DNA of 64,000 nucleotides from positions 32,001-96,000 of the IMG/VR virus record IMGVR_UViG_3300045988_130225. One strand, written 5' to 3'. The DNA comes from a virus. Position 1 is the stretch's first letter. Every line of letters starts with the position of its first letter. Made by a program: the position numbers and the translations under genes. Under the pieces are notes generated by a model, which had not been told where the DNA came from, did not search any database, and saw only the letters and a program-made list of their open reading frames with translations. Below are positions 31,115 through 41,267 of this stretch, piece by piece.

Positions 31115-32995
31115 TTAGAACACAAGTTGGTCTAACTCATCTAAATTGGTATCTCTTTGTTCATCTACAGCATACTTATCACCTATTAAGGTTGCAATAT
31201 GGTTTCCGTAACTCAAAGCTACAATTTTATCCTTTGTCGCACTATTTCTGTTAGGTTCTGATAATTTCAAAATACCGTTATTCCATGTTTGAGTTAAACT
31301 AATAGCTTCTGACATCATTAATGCAGTTTGAACATATGGCAACTTAATATTAACTTTTTCCTCAGAACTCATAGTAAGATAATTTACATCTTCTTCAAGT
31401 TCTGTTTCAATCGTTAATTCATCTACCAAAAATTCAATCATTTCATTATCTAGGGCTTTCTTTAAATCAAGCCACATTAAACTATTTCGTTCACTTGTAC
31501 CAACAATAGGTATGATACATGGTATAGCTTCTGCATCAACCGTTTTGCCTTTAAGTTCTTGAATTTTAGCGTCTGGAACTATCTGTAAAGCAGATTCATA
31601 ACAAACTGTAAATCCATGTGGATTCCAATTACTTCGTGATGGGTGTTCAAAAGGTTTAGATAACTCTGTATAATAAAGAGTACCACCGCTTCTTTCGTCC
31701 ATTACGATATAATCTGCTTGGTAATCCCAAAAGAACTCTCTAATCTTTTGTTGAAATCCCTCACTATCACTAGCAGGGTGCGTTCCAATATATTCTACTT
31801 TTCGTCTTGTCTTACCATCTTTCATAATGACAGACATACAACCAATAACACTATTATCGTTATCGTTTGTATTGCTGTTTACAAAAGCATAATCAATGAA
31901 AAGTAAACGTTTTTCAAATTCACCTTTAGGTCTGTTACCTAAATCAGTTGACATAAATATATCCATAGGCGTAGGTGGTTTATAGGCTTTTTTTATCACT
32001 TGATTCTTTCTGAAATCTTCAAGTAAGAAGAAAGCACCCTCTGTTTCACCATACATTTCATTCAAATCTTCTGTTACAAAGTCAATATCTGAATCAAATT
32101 CTTTATCATGCCAGTAATCAGCCCATGTTTTAAGGTTAAATAAAATTGCAAGAAAAATATTAGAAGCAAAGAAATTATATGTATGGTCTTTTCGTATCAT
32201 ACTTTGTTGAACAACAAGTTTAAATTCTTGCCAGAAACTTTCACTTCTAAATCTTGCAGATGTAATACTTATAGTTTTACATTGCTCAACCCAACGTGGC
32301 AATGTTTTTCCATTACTATCTTTATATTCGTCCAACAACGAAAATTTAGATTGTCTTGGGTGAGCCATTTTAGAGAATACAGAATCTATTAAACTTTTCT
32401 TCAAAAGTCTACGTTCTTCATATATAAGCATAGTTGCCCTAGAACCTCTACTGCTGTTCAGACAAGGTAAAACCGTTATCATACTGCCATTTATTTTGCT
32501 CAAATCTACTTCTACACAATCATTATTATACCTAAAAACTATATCGCCATTCTCATAATAATATTGTAAAACTGGTGAAAGTTTCTTGCAAAGTTCATCT
32601 TCTATTTTCTTTTTTACTAGCTTTGTAGCCTGTGGAATAGTAGAAGATGTAATAACAACTTCTGCAAACGGGTATAAACATGAGTGTATGACAGCGAGAA
32701 GTCCTGCAATCATTGACTTAGAAGCACCTCTCGAACAAATCGCATACCAATATTGGCTAATTCCTGCTAAATAAACCATAACATGCTGAAACGGATATAA
32801 TTTAATCTTTAATCTTCTTTCAGCATATATATTCCAATTACGTCTATAAAATGTTGTCCATTCCTTAATATTTTTCTTTCTTTGTTCCCACGGTAATCTT
32901 CTGTCAGTCTTTTTCTTTTCTTCTTGTTTTTTCTTTCTTTTTTCCACAAGACTAATAATATCTATATCTTTGTTTTCCTCTAACATAGACATCAC
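31115..32995 (-). CDS. terL: Terminase large subunit
   Basis: 626 aa; WYAICSRGASKSMIAGLLAVI (Walker A-like), nuclease-domain aspartates DMFIFMSTDLGN / DYIVMDERSGG. Confidence 0.85.
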   Translation of the reverse strand: MMSMLEENKDIDIISLVEKRKKKQEEKKKTDRRLPWEQRKKNIKEWTTFYRRNWNIYAERRLKIKLYPFQHVMVYLAGISQYWYAICSRGASKSMIAGLLAVIHSCLYPFAEVVITSSTIPQATKLVKKKIEDELCKKLSPVLQYYYENGDIVFRYNNDCVEVDLSKINGSMITVLPCLNSSRGSRATMLIYEERRLLKKSLIDSVFSKMAHPRQSKFSLLDEYKDSNGKTLPRWVEQCKTISITSARFRSESFWQEFKLVVQQSMIRKDHTYNFFASNIFLAILFNLKTWADYWHDKEFDSDIDFVTEDLNEMYGETEGAFFLLEDFRKNQVIKKAYKPPTPMDIFMSTDLGNRPKGEFEKRLLFIDYAFVNSNTNDNDNSVIGCMSVIMKDGKTRRKVEYIGTHPASDSEGFQQKIREFFWDYQADYIVMDERSGGTLYYTELSKPFEHPSRSNWNPHGFTVCYESALQIVPDAKIQELKGKTVDAEAIPCIIPIVGTSERNSLMWLDLKKALDNEMIEFLVDELTIETELEEDVNYLTMSSEEKVNIKLPYVQTALMMSEAISLTQTWNNGILKLSEPNRNSATKDKIVALSYGNHIATLIGDKYAVDEQRDTNLDELDQLVF

Positions 32996-33041
32996 CTAAT
33001 CTTTCTTTCGTGGAATTAAAGGATACTCCTTTGTGCCTGCT
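32996..33041 (-). CDS. Candidate 3' exon of the interrupted gene (...NLI|AGTKEYPLIPRKKD*)
   Basis: Joining ...TTGAT to AGCAGGCACAAAGG... gives an open frame ending TAG directly before the TerL GTG start. Confidence 0.6.
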
Positions 33042-33144
33042 CTGAACCTCCCACGACTAAAGTCGCAGGGTTCTCGGTCAATAACTCTATTGAGTTAAGT
33101 ATCACCAAGCTAACCCCGTAGTTCCTACGGTTTTTATATATCAT
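33042..33144 (-). ncRNA. Candidate omega-RNA scaffold / intron 3' end
   Basis: Right-end region: AACCGTAGGAACTACGG hairpin, CTCAATAGAG hairpin, GCGACTTTAGTCGTGGGAGGTTCAG. Confidence 0.6.
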
Positions 33145-34257
33145 TTAAACATTTAAAATTCTTAAACCCTCATTCAAAATATTAATAGAAGCATTATCAT
33201 CTCTATTCAATTTTGAACCGCAGTTAGAACAAATCCAGTATCTAATCTCAACAGGCTTTTTACCACCATTAACACCACAACAATGACAAATTTGTGAAGA
33301 AGGAAAATATCTATTAATTACAGATAATATTTTTCCATACCAAATAGATTTATAAGTCAACATTCTACGAAATTCAGACCAAGAAACATCATTCACATGT
33401 TTATTACGAACACTGGAATCTGTTTCCCTCATAGACTGTACATCTAAATCTTCAATACAAATAATATCATATTGTTTAACAATATTAGTAGTCAATTTCT
33501 GTAAAAAGTCTTTACGTTGATTAGATATATGTTTTTGTAAATTTGCGACTTTAATTCTTGCTTTATTCCAATTAGAACCACCGATTGCTTTTCTCGATAA
33601 TTCTCTTTGTAACTTAGCAAGTTTCTTTTCTGACTTTTCATAAAATCTAGGATTTTTAATCTTAATACCGTCAGATAAGATTGCAAAATCTACAATCCCT
33701 AAATCTATTCCAACATTTTTATTTGTTTTTGGATATTGTGGAAATTCTATATCAGTACAGCATAATGAACAATAGTAATGTCCGTTTGGTTCTTGTGATA
33801 TAGTAGCGTTAAGTATTCTTCCTTGCGGAATTTGCTTATCACGAACTTTTACAAAACCTAATTTTGGAAGCCTGATATGCTTACTTTCAAATCTTATATT
33901 ATTAGTAGTACAACTTGTAGTATAAGATTGATGTCTATTTTTCTTAGATTTAAAATTAGGAAAACCAGTTTGCTTTTTAAAAAGTTTTTGATATGCATTA
34001 TCTAAATTTTTCAAAGTTTTCTGTAAAGCATCTTTATCTGGTTCTTTAAGCCATTCATTTTCTTTCTTTAACTGAGTAAGCATTTTACTTGTGTCGTAAT
34101 AGTTTAAAGTTTTCTTATTTTCTTTATACTCAGTTATTCTTTTGTCTAAGAAATAATTATAAACATATCTACAGCAACCAAAAGTTTTCTGTATTAATTC
34201 TTGCTGTTTCTTATTCGGATAAATTCTATACTTAAAAGCCTTTTCCAACAATATCAC
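33145..34257 (-). CDS. tnpB: TnpB RNA-guided nuclease
   Basis: 370 aa; GIDLGIVDFAI, ICIEDLDVQSM, CHCCG...CSNCG, LNRDDNASINI. Confidence 0.9.
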   Translation of the reverse strand: MILLEKAFKYRIYPNKKQQELIQKTFGCCRYVYNYFLDKRITEYKENKKTLNYYDTSKMLTQLKKENEWLKEPDKDALQKTLKNLDNAYQKLFKKQTGFPNFKSKKNRHQSYTTSCTTNNIRFESKHIRLPKLGFVKVRDKQIPQGRILNATISQEPNGHYYCSLCCTDIEFPQYPKTNKNVGIDLGIVDFAILSDGIKIKNPRFYEKSEKKLAKLQRELSRKAIGGSNWNKARIKVANLQKHISNQRKDFLQKLTTNIVKQYDIICIEDLDVQSMRETDSSVRNKHVNDVSWSEFRRMLTYKSIWYGKILSVINRYFPSSQICHCCGVNGGKKPVEIRYWICSNCGSKLNRDDNASINILNEGLRILNV

Positions 34258-34379
34258 TTCCTTTCATAAATTAACTTATAACATATTTATATATAAATGT
34301 CAAGTTAAATTATGAAAAGAATTACTTTAGTTTAAATAATATATAAAAACCGTAAGTTACTTTAGTTACGTTTTGAGAT

Positions 34380-34600
34380 TGTCGTTCACATAGGTTCGCT
34401 ACTCCTATGCAGTTCTCCAATGAACTTCTTGTACTTTCATACAAGCACAGACTATATCTTATCCCTCACCATTACGTGTTAGGGTCTACCCACTTCCACA
34501 CGCTTGTGTGTACTTCCCTCAAGAGGAATAGTCGTTGAAGTTTTCCTTTCGGACTTACCTGCTAATTGCCTATTTTTCAGTGTTTAGGATTTAACCATGC
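34380..34600 (-). ncRNA. Group I intron catalytic core
   Basis: Minus strand: ATTAGCAGGTAAGTCCGAAAGGAAAACTTCAACGACTATTCC ... GGGTAGACCCTAACACGTAATGGTGAGGGATAAGATATAGTC, the canonical P4-P6/P7/P3/P8 sequence landmarks. Confidence 0.85.
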
Positions 34601-34803
34601 ACCATTCATTCAATTTTTTCTACTTTCGTCACATTCACGCTTATACCCTTTAAGGTATTACGTTGTAGTTTGAATGACTTTAAGGTTTCCTAGCAATTCA
34701 AGTAGTATTGGATGCTAAAAGCATCGCTACGTGCAAGTTTCCCTACACGCTAACTATTTCGTAAAACGTTCGCTTACTCACGACTAAAGTTATGAATATG
34801 CGT

Positions 34804-35658
34804 TCACGATTTAATCAAATTCTTTACAGCAGAAACTACATACTTAAACCAGTCAGCTTCAATATTACAGAAATCCTTATATTTTTCCAAATCTTCACAT
34901 TCACAAGGTTCAGTGTTTTCGATTTCCCAAATCTGATGTTCAAGCATTTGTTCAGTTAAAGTCTTTTCTTTCTTCTGAGTAAAGTTATCAAGTTTTAAAG
35001 TTTTCATTAATTTTAAAACCATATCTTGTTCTTCTTTACCAGAATTACCCATGTCCACTTCTTTTTTATATCTTAATTCAGCAATACAAAGTTTACGATA
35101 CAAACTCTCTTGTGCAGGTGTCAACTTAATATCATCAGTGTAGAATCCCCATCTATACTCAAGATAGGCATAATCTTCATCTGATTGCTCTCCCCAATCC
35201 AGAATTAAATCTTGTATATTTAATTTACGTTGTGTTTCTTCGTCATTGGAAGTCATAGAACTTCTATCTACATCTGTTTGTCCAAAACAATCCCATTTAT
35301 CTGATTTTTTCTTTAAAGCTAAAAAAGTTACATAATACTGTCCCCAGTAGTTATATGTACTAGACAAAGTACCTTCTTCTTTTTCTTTTTCAACTTTTTC
35401 CATCAGACCATCATATACTTTTTGTATAAACGGTATTCCTATCTCAGCACATGTTGACCATAAAGCTAATTTAATATCTCCATATTTACTGTAATAGTTT
35501 TGATAAATCGTTTTACAACAAGTGGTACAATAAGGAACTACTTTATTTGCATGGTTTGGATTGTCAGATTTATAAAATTTCTTAATATCATAAGGTCTGT
35601 TGCAACGAATACAAAATGATTCTGTTATGGGTCTTTCTTTTCTTATAATGGTTGCCAT
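34804..35658 (-). CDS. TerS-like/zinc-finger protein, 5' exon (interrupted by the IStron-like element)
   Basis: Start MATIIRKERPITESFCIRCNRPYD at 35658; the annotated stop lies inside the intron. Confidence 0.7.
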   Translation of the reverse strand: MATIIRKERPITESFCIRCNRPYDIKKFYKSDNPNHANKVVPYCTTCCKTIYQNYYSKYGDIKLALWSTCAEIGIPFIQKVYDGLMEKVEKEKEEGTLSSTYNYWGQYYVTFLALKKKSDKWDCFGQTDVDRSSMTSNDEETQRKLNIQDLILDWGEQSDEDYAYLEYRWGFYTDDIKLTPAQESLYRKLCIAELRYKKEVDMGNSGKEEQDMVLKLMKTLKLDNFTQKKEKTLTEQMLEHQIWEIENTEPCECEDLEKYKDFCNIEADWFKYVVSAVKNLIKS

Positions 35659-35700
35659 AACATTCCCTCGTTTCCAACAAAAAAAGAAAGACAATATTAA

Positions 35701-36219
35701 TTATTTGCCTTTCTTTTTCTCTACGAACTCGACATAATCTGGTTCAAGCATTTCAGCTAATCTTTTTTGCTTTCTTACTCTTTTTTGCTTTTCTATCATT
35801 ACTTCTCTTTGAAATTCTGGCTTTACAGCTTCTTTTATTTTAGCCGCAGATTTATTTTTTACTTTTAATGACGGTTCAAGGTTGTTTAAATATCCTTTGA
35901 GATATTCAGAGGTTTTAAATCTAACCATGTACGTCAATGGTATCATAACATTATTTTTCTGTTTCGTCTGAATATTATATACTCTCTTGATTGCACCACC
36001 GCAAGTGGAAATCTTAAAAGTACCAATATTAGGAATATTGAAATAACCGTTATTTTTTATTTCATCTGCCATAATTTCAATAAAAGTTTTCATACATAAC
36101 TTAGCCATTTCAGTTGTGAAACTTGGTTTAGTTTTCTTAACTGAAATGGCTATCAGTTCTGCGAGTTCGTTAGGGCTTAAAGACTTAACAATGACACCAT
36201 CTTTATTAGGTCTTGCCAT
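35701..36219 (-). CDS. HU/IHF-like DNA-binding protein
   Basis: FTTEMAKLCMKTFIEIMADEIKNNGYFNIPNIGTFKISTCGG. Confidence 0.65.
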   Translation of the reverse strand: MARPNKDGVIVKSLSPNELAELIAISVKKTKPSFTTEMAKLCMKTFIEIMADEIKNNGYFNIPNIGTFKISTCGGAIKRVYNIQTKQKNNVMIPLTYMVRFKTSEYLKGYLNNLEPSLKVKNKSAAKIKEAVKPEFQREVMIEKQKRVRKQKRLAEMLEPDYVEFVEKKKGK

Positions 36220-36239
36220 AACTTGTTACTCCTTTATGA

Positions 36240-36593
36240 TTACTCTACAAAAGGTGCGTCCTGTGTCTTTTCCTTAACGGTTTCTCTTAACTTCTTAGAC
36301 ATCTTAAATACTGGTTTAGTATAATCTGGGGTTGCACTTAACTGTCCAACTTCGCCAGTAGCAGGATTGATAATACCAGTTCTTTCTGGTCTGCCCTTAA
36401 TAGTGGTGAAATCAATCTTTCCAAAACCGTTCATATCAAACTTCTTACCAGAAGCAATGCAAGTAGCGGCAATCTCATAAAATGCAGTCAGAACAGCCTT
36501 TGTGTCCTTCTGAGTAGCCTGTGCCTTGTATGCTACCATCTTTACTAACTCTGCGGTGCTAACCTTAGATACCTTAATTGCTTTCTTTGCCAT
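36240..36593 (-). CDS. HU-family DNA-binding protein
   Basis: 117 aa; KKFDMNGFGKIDFTTIKGRPERTGINPATGE-like signature. Confidence 0.85.
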   Translation of the reverse strand: MAKKAIKVSKVSTAELVKMVAYKAQATQKDTKAVLTAFYEIAATCIASGKKFDMNGFGKIDFTTIKGRPERTGIINPATGEVGQLSATPDYTKPVFKMSKKLRETVKEKTQDAPFVE

Positions 36594-36839
36594 AATAAAT
36601 TACCTCATTTCTTTCTTTTTATTCGTTTTATTCATTTTTATTTCTTAGGGGAATTGGTGAGTGCCTAAAAGGTCACTCCCATACCCCTTTGATTTTTTAT
36701 TTTTGGACGTTCTCTATCCATTAATAGAAAACGATTTTGCTCTTTCAAAAAGTGATTTAATCTTCAATACTTTTTATACAAAATAATTTTATTTTTGAAA
36801 GTGCATATTTTGCACCCTTATTTCACCTTATTGAAAAAA

Positions 36840-37598
36840 TTAGACTGTTTTTGAACATTTTTTACAAACTGCAAATAAAGTGTTGTCAACCTTAATAAGT
36901 TTACCGCATTTTGAACACATTGCATACCCCTCTTTGTAAGTCGCAATTAAAAGGTTTCCCAAATTTTCCATTTCACTGATTCTGAAAACTGGTTCCATTC
37001 CCTCATAATCTTCTAACATTTTTACTTTAATGTTCAAGTTATCGCAAGAGTTTGTAACCTCAACTAAACCTTTGTTTTTCAACTCACCAATCAGTTTCAT
37101 GCGTTCAAAAACGGTACAAGCCACATTTGATAGTTCAAACCAATCACCAATGTCTTTTATGGTTTTAAGGTTCAACCAGCCGTTAGCCGCTTTATAATGA
37201 GCCATAACATATGCAGAAAACATCAACTTACGTTCTCGGTCTGTTTCGCCTTTGAATACTTGTGTCATATCCCATGCATAAACATCTATATACCGTATAT
37301 GACTTAAAGATTTAATAACACCATTTCTTAAATTATCATATACATTCATAATCATTTTACGCCATTTTTCATGCACATATTCTTTTTGATAAATTTTAGT
37401 CATTGCGTTTCTTACCAAATCTTCTACATGATGTAACGCATAATCAAACTCTTTATCGGAATAATATTTAATCAGCCATAAGAGAAATTTAAAAAAACCT
37501 ATATCTGGTTTAACAATTTCTTCTGTTTTATCAGAATAAATATTTATTAAAATATCTCTTACATACTGATTTTCATTAAGAATGATTTTGTTTTTCAT
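36840..37598 (-). CDS. Hypothetical protein with C-terminal zinc ribbon
   Basis: 252 aa; AMCSKCGKLIKVDNTLFAVCKKCSKTV. Confidence 0.5.
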   Translation of the reverse strand: MKNKIILNENQYVRDILINIYSDKTEEIVKPDIGFFKFLLWLIKYYSDKEFDYALHHVEDLVRNAMTKIYQKEYVHEKWRKMIMNVYDNLRNGVIKSLSHIRYIDVYAWDMTQVFKGETDRERKLMFSAYVMAHYKAANGWLNLKTIKDIGDWFELSNVACTVFERMKLIGELKNKGLVEVTNSCDNLNIKVKMLEDYEGMEPVFRISEMENLGNLLIATYKEGYAMCSKCGKLIKVDNTLFAVCKKCSKTV

Positions 37599-37636
37599 AT
37601 CTTACACTCCTATTCTATTACATTTTAATTGTTTTG

Positions 37637-40132
37637 TCAACCATTTTCATGTAATTTCTTTAAATTTTCTATTATTAAATCACCGACAACAGCCCAACAA
37701 AAATATTTATTCTTATTCTGTCCATAACATAAGTCAAGCATAATATTAACAAGTCTATCTTTGTTTGGACAAATTTCTTCTGCTCTTGCTCTAAATTCAT
37801 GCTGTATGCTCATAACTCTTGTATTTGCTTCTTCCGTACTTAAATTTTTCTCAATCACAATTTTCTTAAACTGTTTAATACGTTTAATGTATTCTTTTTC
37901 AAGATTTTCAATATCTTCTCTTGTTTTAGGTGAACTTCTTTGAATAGGAGATTTAAGAAATTCATAATTAAAACCCTTGGATTTAAGTTCTACCACTCTG
38001 CCATCAAATTCACTTTCCACATATCGGCAAATTCGGTTCATAGTAGAACCAGAAATGTTTACTGGCATTTTTATATCGTACCATTCTAAAAACTTTTGCT
38101 GTTCTTCTGTAAGATTTTTCTTTTCTTTTAATTCATTTACTTTACAACCATAAAGCATAACACATTTAAGGTCACAATTTTTTATATAACTATCATAATC
38201 TTTTTTTAAAGAAGAATAATTATAAATAAAATAATAAGGCTTTTTATCTGTTACGATTGCTTTATCTAAAGGTGTGGTACACAGCTTTGAAACGTACCAA
38301 TACTTAGGCATTTCCTTACAAATAACTCCCTTCAGTTTGTCCAGAGTTGACTGTTGATATAACTGTCCACACAAAATACGTTTTGATAATTCTTTATATT
38401 CATTTGTATTTTCATTAAATAAAGCTAATTTATCTATTTGTGCCGATACTCTATTAGTGATTGTTCCAACTTCTGAGCCTAAGCCCATACGGTTACTTTT
38501 TCTAATATCGTTTCTTTTAACAATTCTTTTCTCTCCTTTACGTTGTACACAATCAATAGCATTTGTATATTTATAAGCACTTAAAAGTACGTTATTATTA
38601 GTAGAATATATAGAATCACTATCAAAATCGCTCCCGTTCAATGCCATACATATAGTGTCCCAATCATTTAGCACCATCATTGTATTAGAATATTTATACC
38701 ATTCTTGGCATTTTTTATCGTTATTTACTTTCATTTTCCTAATATTATTATGTGAAGTCATAGGAGAACGAAAACAAACTACCTCATTCACACCTTTATC
38801 TATCCAATATTGTGAATATATTTCGTTAGCTTTAAGTAAACCAGTAACCTCTAATCCATATATACTCTGCATTAAAGCATAAGAATCACCCATAACTATC
38901 TGATAATTCCCTTCAACTTTCAGTTTACCTATCTTAGCTTGATTAATCTTTTTCTTAATCATTTTATTGATTCTGTCAATCACATAAGGGTCATTCATCA
39001 TTCTCTCATCTAAATATAAGGCTTGTGCATAATCTTTGGTTTTAGTTTTTTCACCAACACCCAAAAATTCTTTTGTTTTCTGGTAATCACCACCAAACGC
39101 CATTTTCAGCCAATCAACAGTAGGTTTACATAATTCTACAATCTGTTCATCTGTCAATTCATAACTTTGCAAATACTGATAATTTGTTTCTCTTGTATCT
39201 TCCAACTTTTTAGGTGTTACTTTTGTAGCAGAAAACCTATAACCATTTTCATAATAACATTTGTGGTATTCTTCCCAACTAGAATAATTATCCCATAACT
39301 TAAGACTGGATTCAGTAATAATCATATCCACATCTCGAATATCTCTTTCAGTACCCCAAATATCTTTTACTTTATATCCCTTACCAACTTCCTCAGCAAA
39401 TTTTATAATCTCAAAGACATTCAACATACCTTTCATATAAGCATTTCTTAAACAAATACCACTTGGCAAATAATCAAGACCTAATTTATCAGCAACTCTT
39501 TGCATATATTCTGGTGTACAAAGATTCATGCCGTCACTGCCGTTGTTTTCTAACTCTACACCAAATTTTTCCTCAACGATAGGTTCATCTGTTTCACTAT
39601 CATCAATCCTAACCACATCACCCTTAAATTTAGTGATACAATCTCGTACAACCAATACAGAGCGTGGTTCTGGTATCTCAACGGACGCTGAATAGGTCAG
39701 AGCAATATAAGCCTCTAATTTAGCCGGTATAGCCTTGTAATCTTTCTTCCTACCACAATCAGTCCTTTTAATTAACTCTGGTAAAATATCTTCTCTCACA
39801 AACAATAAAGTATTATTTTTAAGACCACCAGTAGTTCCAACAACCCACAAAAACCTTTTACCATTTAAAATCACACCAGTTTTAGACGTAACTTTGTCAT
39901 AGTCACTCATTGAGGAAATCTCCACAGCAAGCATTAAATCCGTCATATCTTGCTTGTATTGTTTGTTACCTATAATTGTAATTAAATCTATCAGTCGAAA
40001 TGCTTGTGAATCAAATAAGTCAATCAATTCATCTAAACGAACCGCCAACTCTTTGGATAAAGTAATTTGCCAGTTGTTTATTCGGAAACGTTCAGATGAA
40101 ACTTTGAAAATCTTTCTACGTTTATTTTGCAT
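37637..40132 (-). CDS. Double-psi beta-barrel single-subunit RNA polymerase related to QDE-1/YonO-type enzymes
   Basis: 831 aa; VVCFRSPMTSHNN ... TICMALNGSDFDSDSIYSTNN resembles the R-P and GSD-x-D-x-D catalytic region of RdRP/YonO-like polymerases. Confidence 0.75.
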   Translation of the reverse strand: MQNKRRKIFKVSSERFRINNWQITLSKELAVRLDELIDLFDSQAFRLIDLITIIGNKQYKQDMTDLMLAVEISSMSDYDKVTSKTGVILNGKRFLWVVGTTGGLKNNTLLFVREDILPELIKRTDCGRKKDYKAIPAKLEAYIALTYSASVEIPEPRSVLVVRDCITKFKGDVVRIDDSETDEPIVEEKFGVELENNGSDGMNLCTPEYMQRVADKLGLDYLPSGICLRNAYMKGMLNVFEIIKFAEEVGKGYKVKDIWGTERDIRDVDMIITESSLKLWDNYSSWEEYHKCYYENGYRFSATKVTPKKLEDTRETNYQYLQSYELTDEQIVELCKPTVDWLKMAFGGDYQKTKEFLGVGEKTKTKDYAQALYLDERMMNDPYVIDRINKMIKKKINQAKIGKLKVEGNYQIVMGDSYALMQSIYGLEVTGLLKANEIYSQYWIDKGVNEVVCFRSPMTSHNNIRKMKVNNDKKCQEWYKYSNTMMVLNDWDTICMALNGSDFDSDSIYSTNNNVLLSAYKYTNAIDCVQRKGEKRIVKRNDIRKSNRMGLGSEVGTITNRVSAQIDKLALFNENTNEYKELSKRILCGQLYQQSTLDKLKGVICKEMPKYWYVSKLCTTPLDKAIVTDKKPYYFIYNYSSLKKDYDSYIKNCDLKCVMLYGCKVNELKEKKNLTEEQQKFLEWYDIKMPVNISGSTMNRICRYVESEFDGRVVELKSKGFNYEFLKSPIQRSSPKTREDIENLEKEYIKRIKQFKKIVIEKNLSTEEANTRVMSIQHEFRARAEEICPNKDRLVNIMLDLCYGQNKNKYFCWAVVGDLIIENLKKLHENG

Positions 40133-40151
40133 TTGTTGAACTCCTTTATAA

Positions 40152-41078
40152 TTAGTGTTTATAAATATAATCTAAATTAGAAATATCATTAGGATAATCA
40201 TTATTTTTAGCGTGTTCAATCATTTTATCACATTTAATATTCCTACGCTCTAACATACCTACAACTACAGAAGCCACAAAAGGTAATTCGTTTTTATCAA
40301 TATAAGTTGTAATATCACCATGCCCACGTTCTTCAATTCTAGCAAGTAAATCTATACCTTGACGATATAACAATTCTTTTTCAAACAATTCCCAAGTATA
40401 TTCATATTTTTCATTCCAATTTGTAGGGTCTACATTTACACTATAACATTCTTCATCAGTAATTGCATTTTTTAGTCTTTCTATCAGAACAAGTAAAAAT
40501 CTATAAGTACACCATTCGTAACTTTTTAAATTAAGCAATCTTATAATAGTGTAACATTTTTCTATTTCTGTATTAGATTTTTCTAAATCTTTTTCTAATT
40601 TTTTTATTTGATTTTCTTTGTCAATATTTTCTATCTCTTTTTCTTTTAATAATTCATCTTTTTTAATTGGTGATACATCGCCGTTCTCACTACAAATATC
40701 AAGAAAAACTATTCTTTTTTTATTACATAAATCAGTAATACATCTTGCAACTTTTTCATATTTTTCTGTATCATTACTTACATTATAAATAAGACTATCA
40801 TAACTTACAATATTACAATAATTTTCACCTTTTATCTGTTGCATTGTCATAAGGTCAATAGATGTTTTAGATTTAACATAAGGTGCAATAATATTTATCC
40901 AACAATCTTTTCTCATTTTTTTTCTTATGTCACCATTACTCTCTTTATATCCCATATAAACATTTTCGCAATATCTTCTTACCAAAGCATTGATTCTTTT
41001 ATTTCGTGCTTGTCTTGTTGCTTCTTTTATAGTTTTTACTTCAGAATTTTTAGTCTTAACATTTTTCCCAAATCCCAT
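40152..41078 (-). CDS. Hypothetical protein
   Basis: ORF with likely start MGFGKNVKTKNSEVK at 41078. Confidence 0.5.
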   Translation of the reverse strand: MGFGKNVKTKNSEVKTIKEATRQARNKRINALVRRYCENVYMGYKESNGDIRKKMRKDCWINIIAPYVKSKTSIDLMTMQQIKGENYCNIVSYDSLIYNVSNDTEKYEKVARCITDLCNKKRIVFLDICSENGDVSPIKKDELLKEKEIENIDKENQIKKLEKDLEKSNTEIEKCYTIIRLLNLKSYEWCTYRFLLVLIERLKNAITDEECYSVNVDPTNWNEKYEYTWELFEKELLYRQGIDLLARIEERGHGDITTYIDKNELPFVASVVVGMLERRNIKCDKMIEHAKNNDYPNDISNLDYIYKH

Positions 41079-41207
41079 TATAATATCCTCCTTTATACTT
41101 TTATTTATATTAATTATAATATTATATATAATATATATCATTTTTTATTATAAAAGTCAATAGTATTTATTTAACTTTTATTAATAATATTTTAATGTAT
41201 AATATAC

Positions 41208-41238
<31 letters not shown>

Positions 41239-41267
41239 GTCTATTATAAAGTAAAGAATTAGCAATC

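Larger units (their letters stand above)
33042..34813 (-). mobile_element. IStron-like element: group I intron with TnpB cargo and IS200/IS605-type ends
   Basis: Starts immediately 3' of TTGAT (minus strand), contains group I core signatures, TnpB, and a CGACTTTAGTCG hairpin near the right end before GGGAGGTTCAG. Confidence 0.8.
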
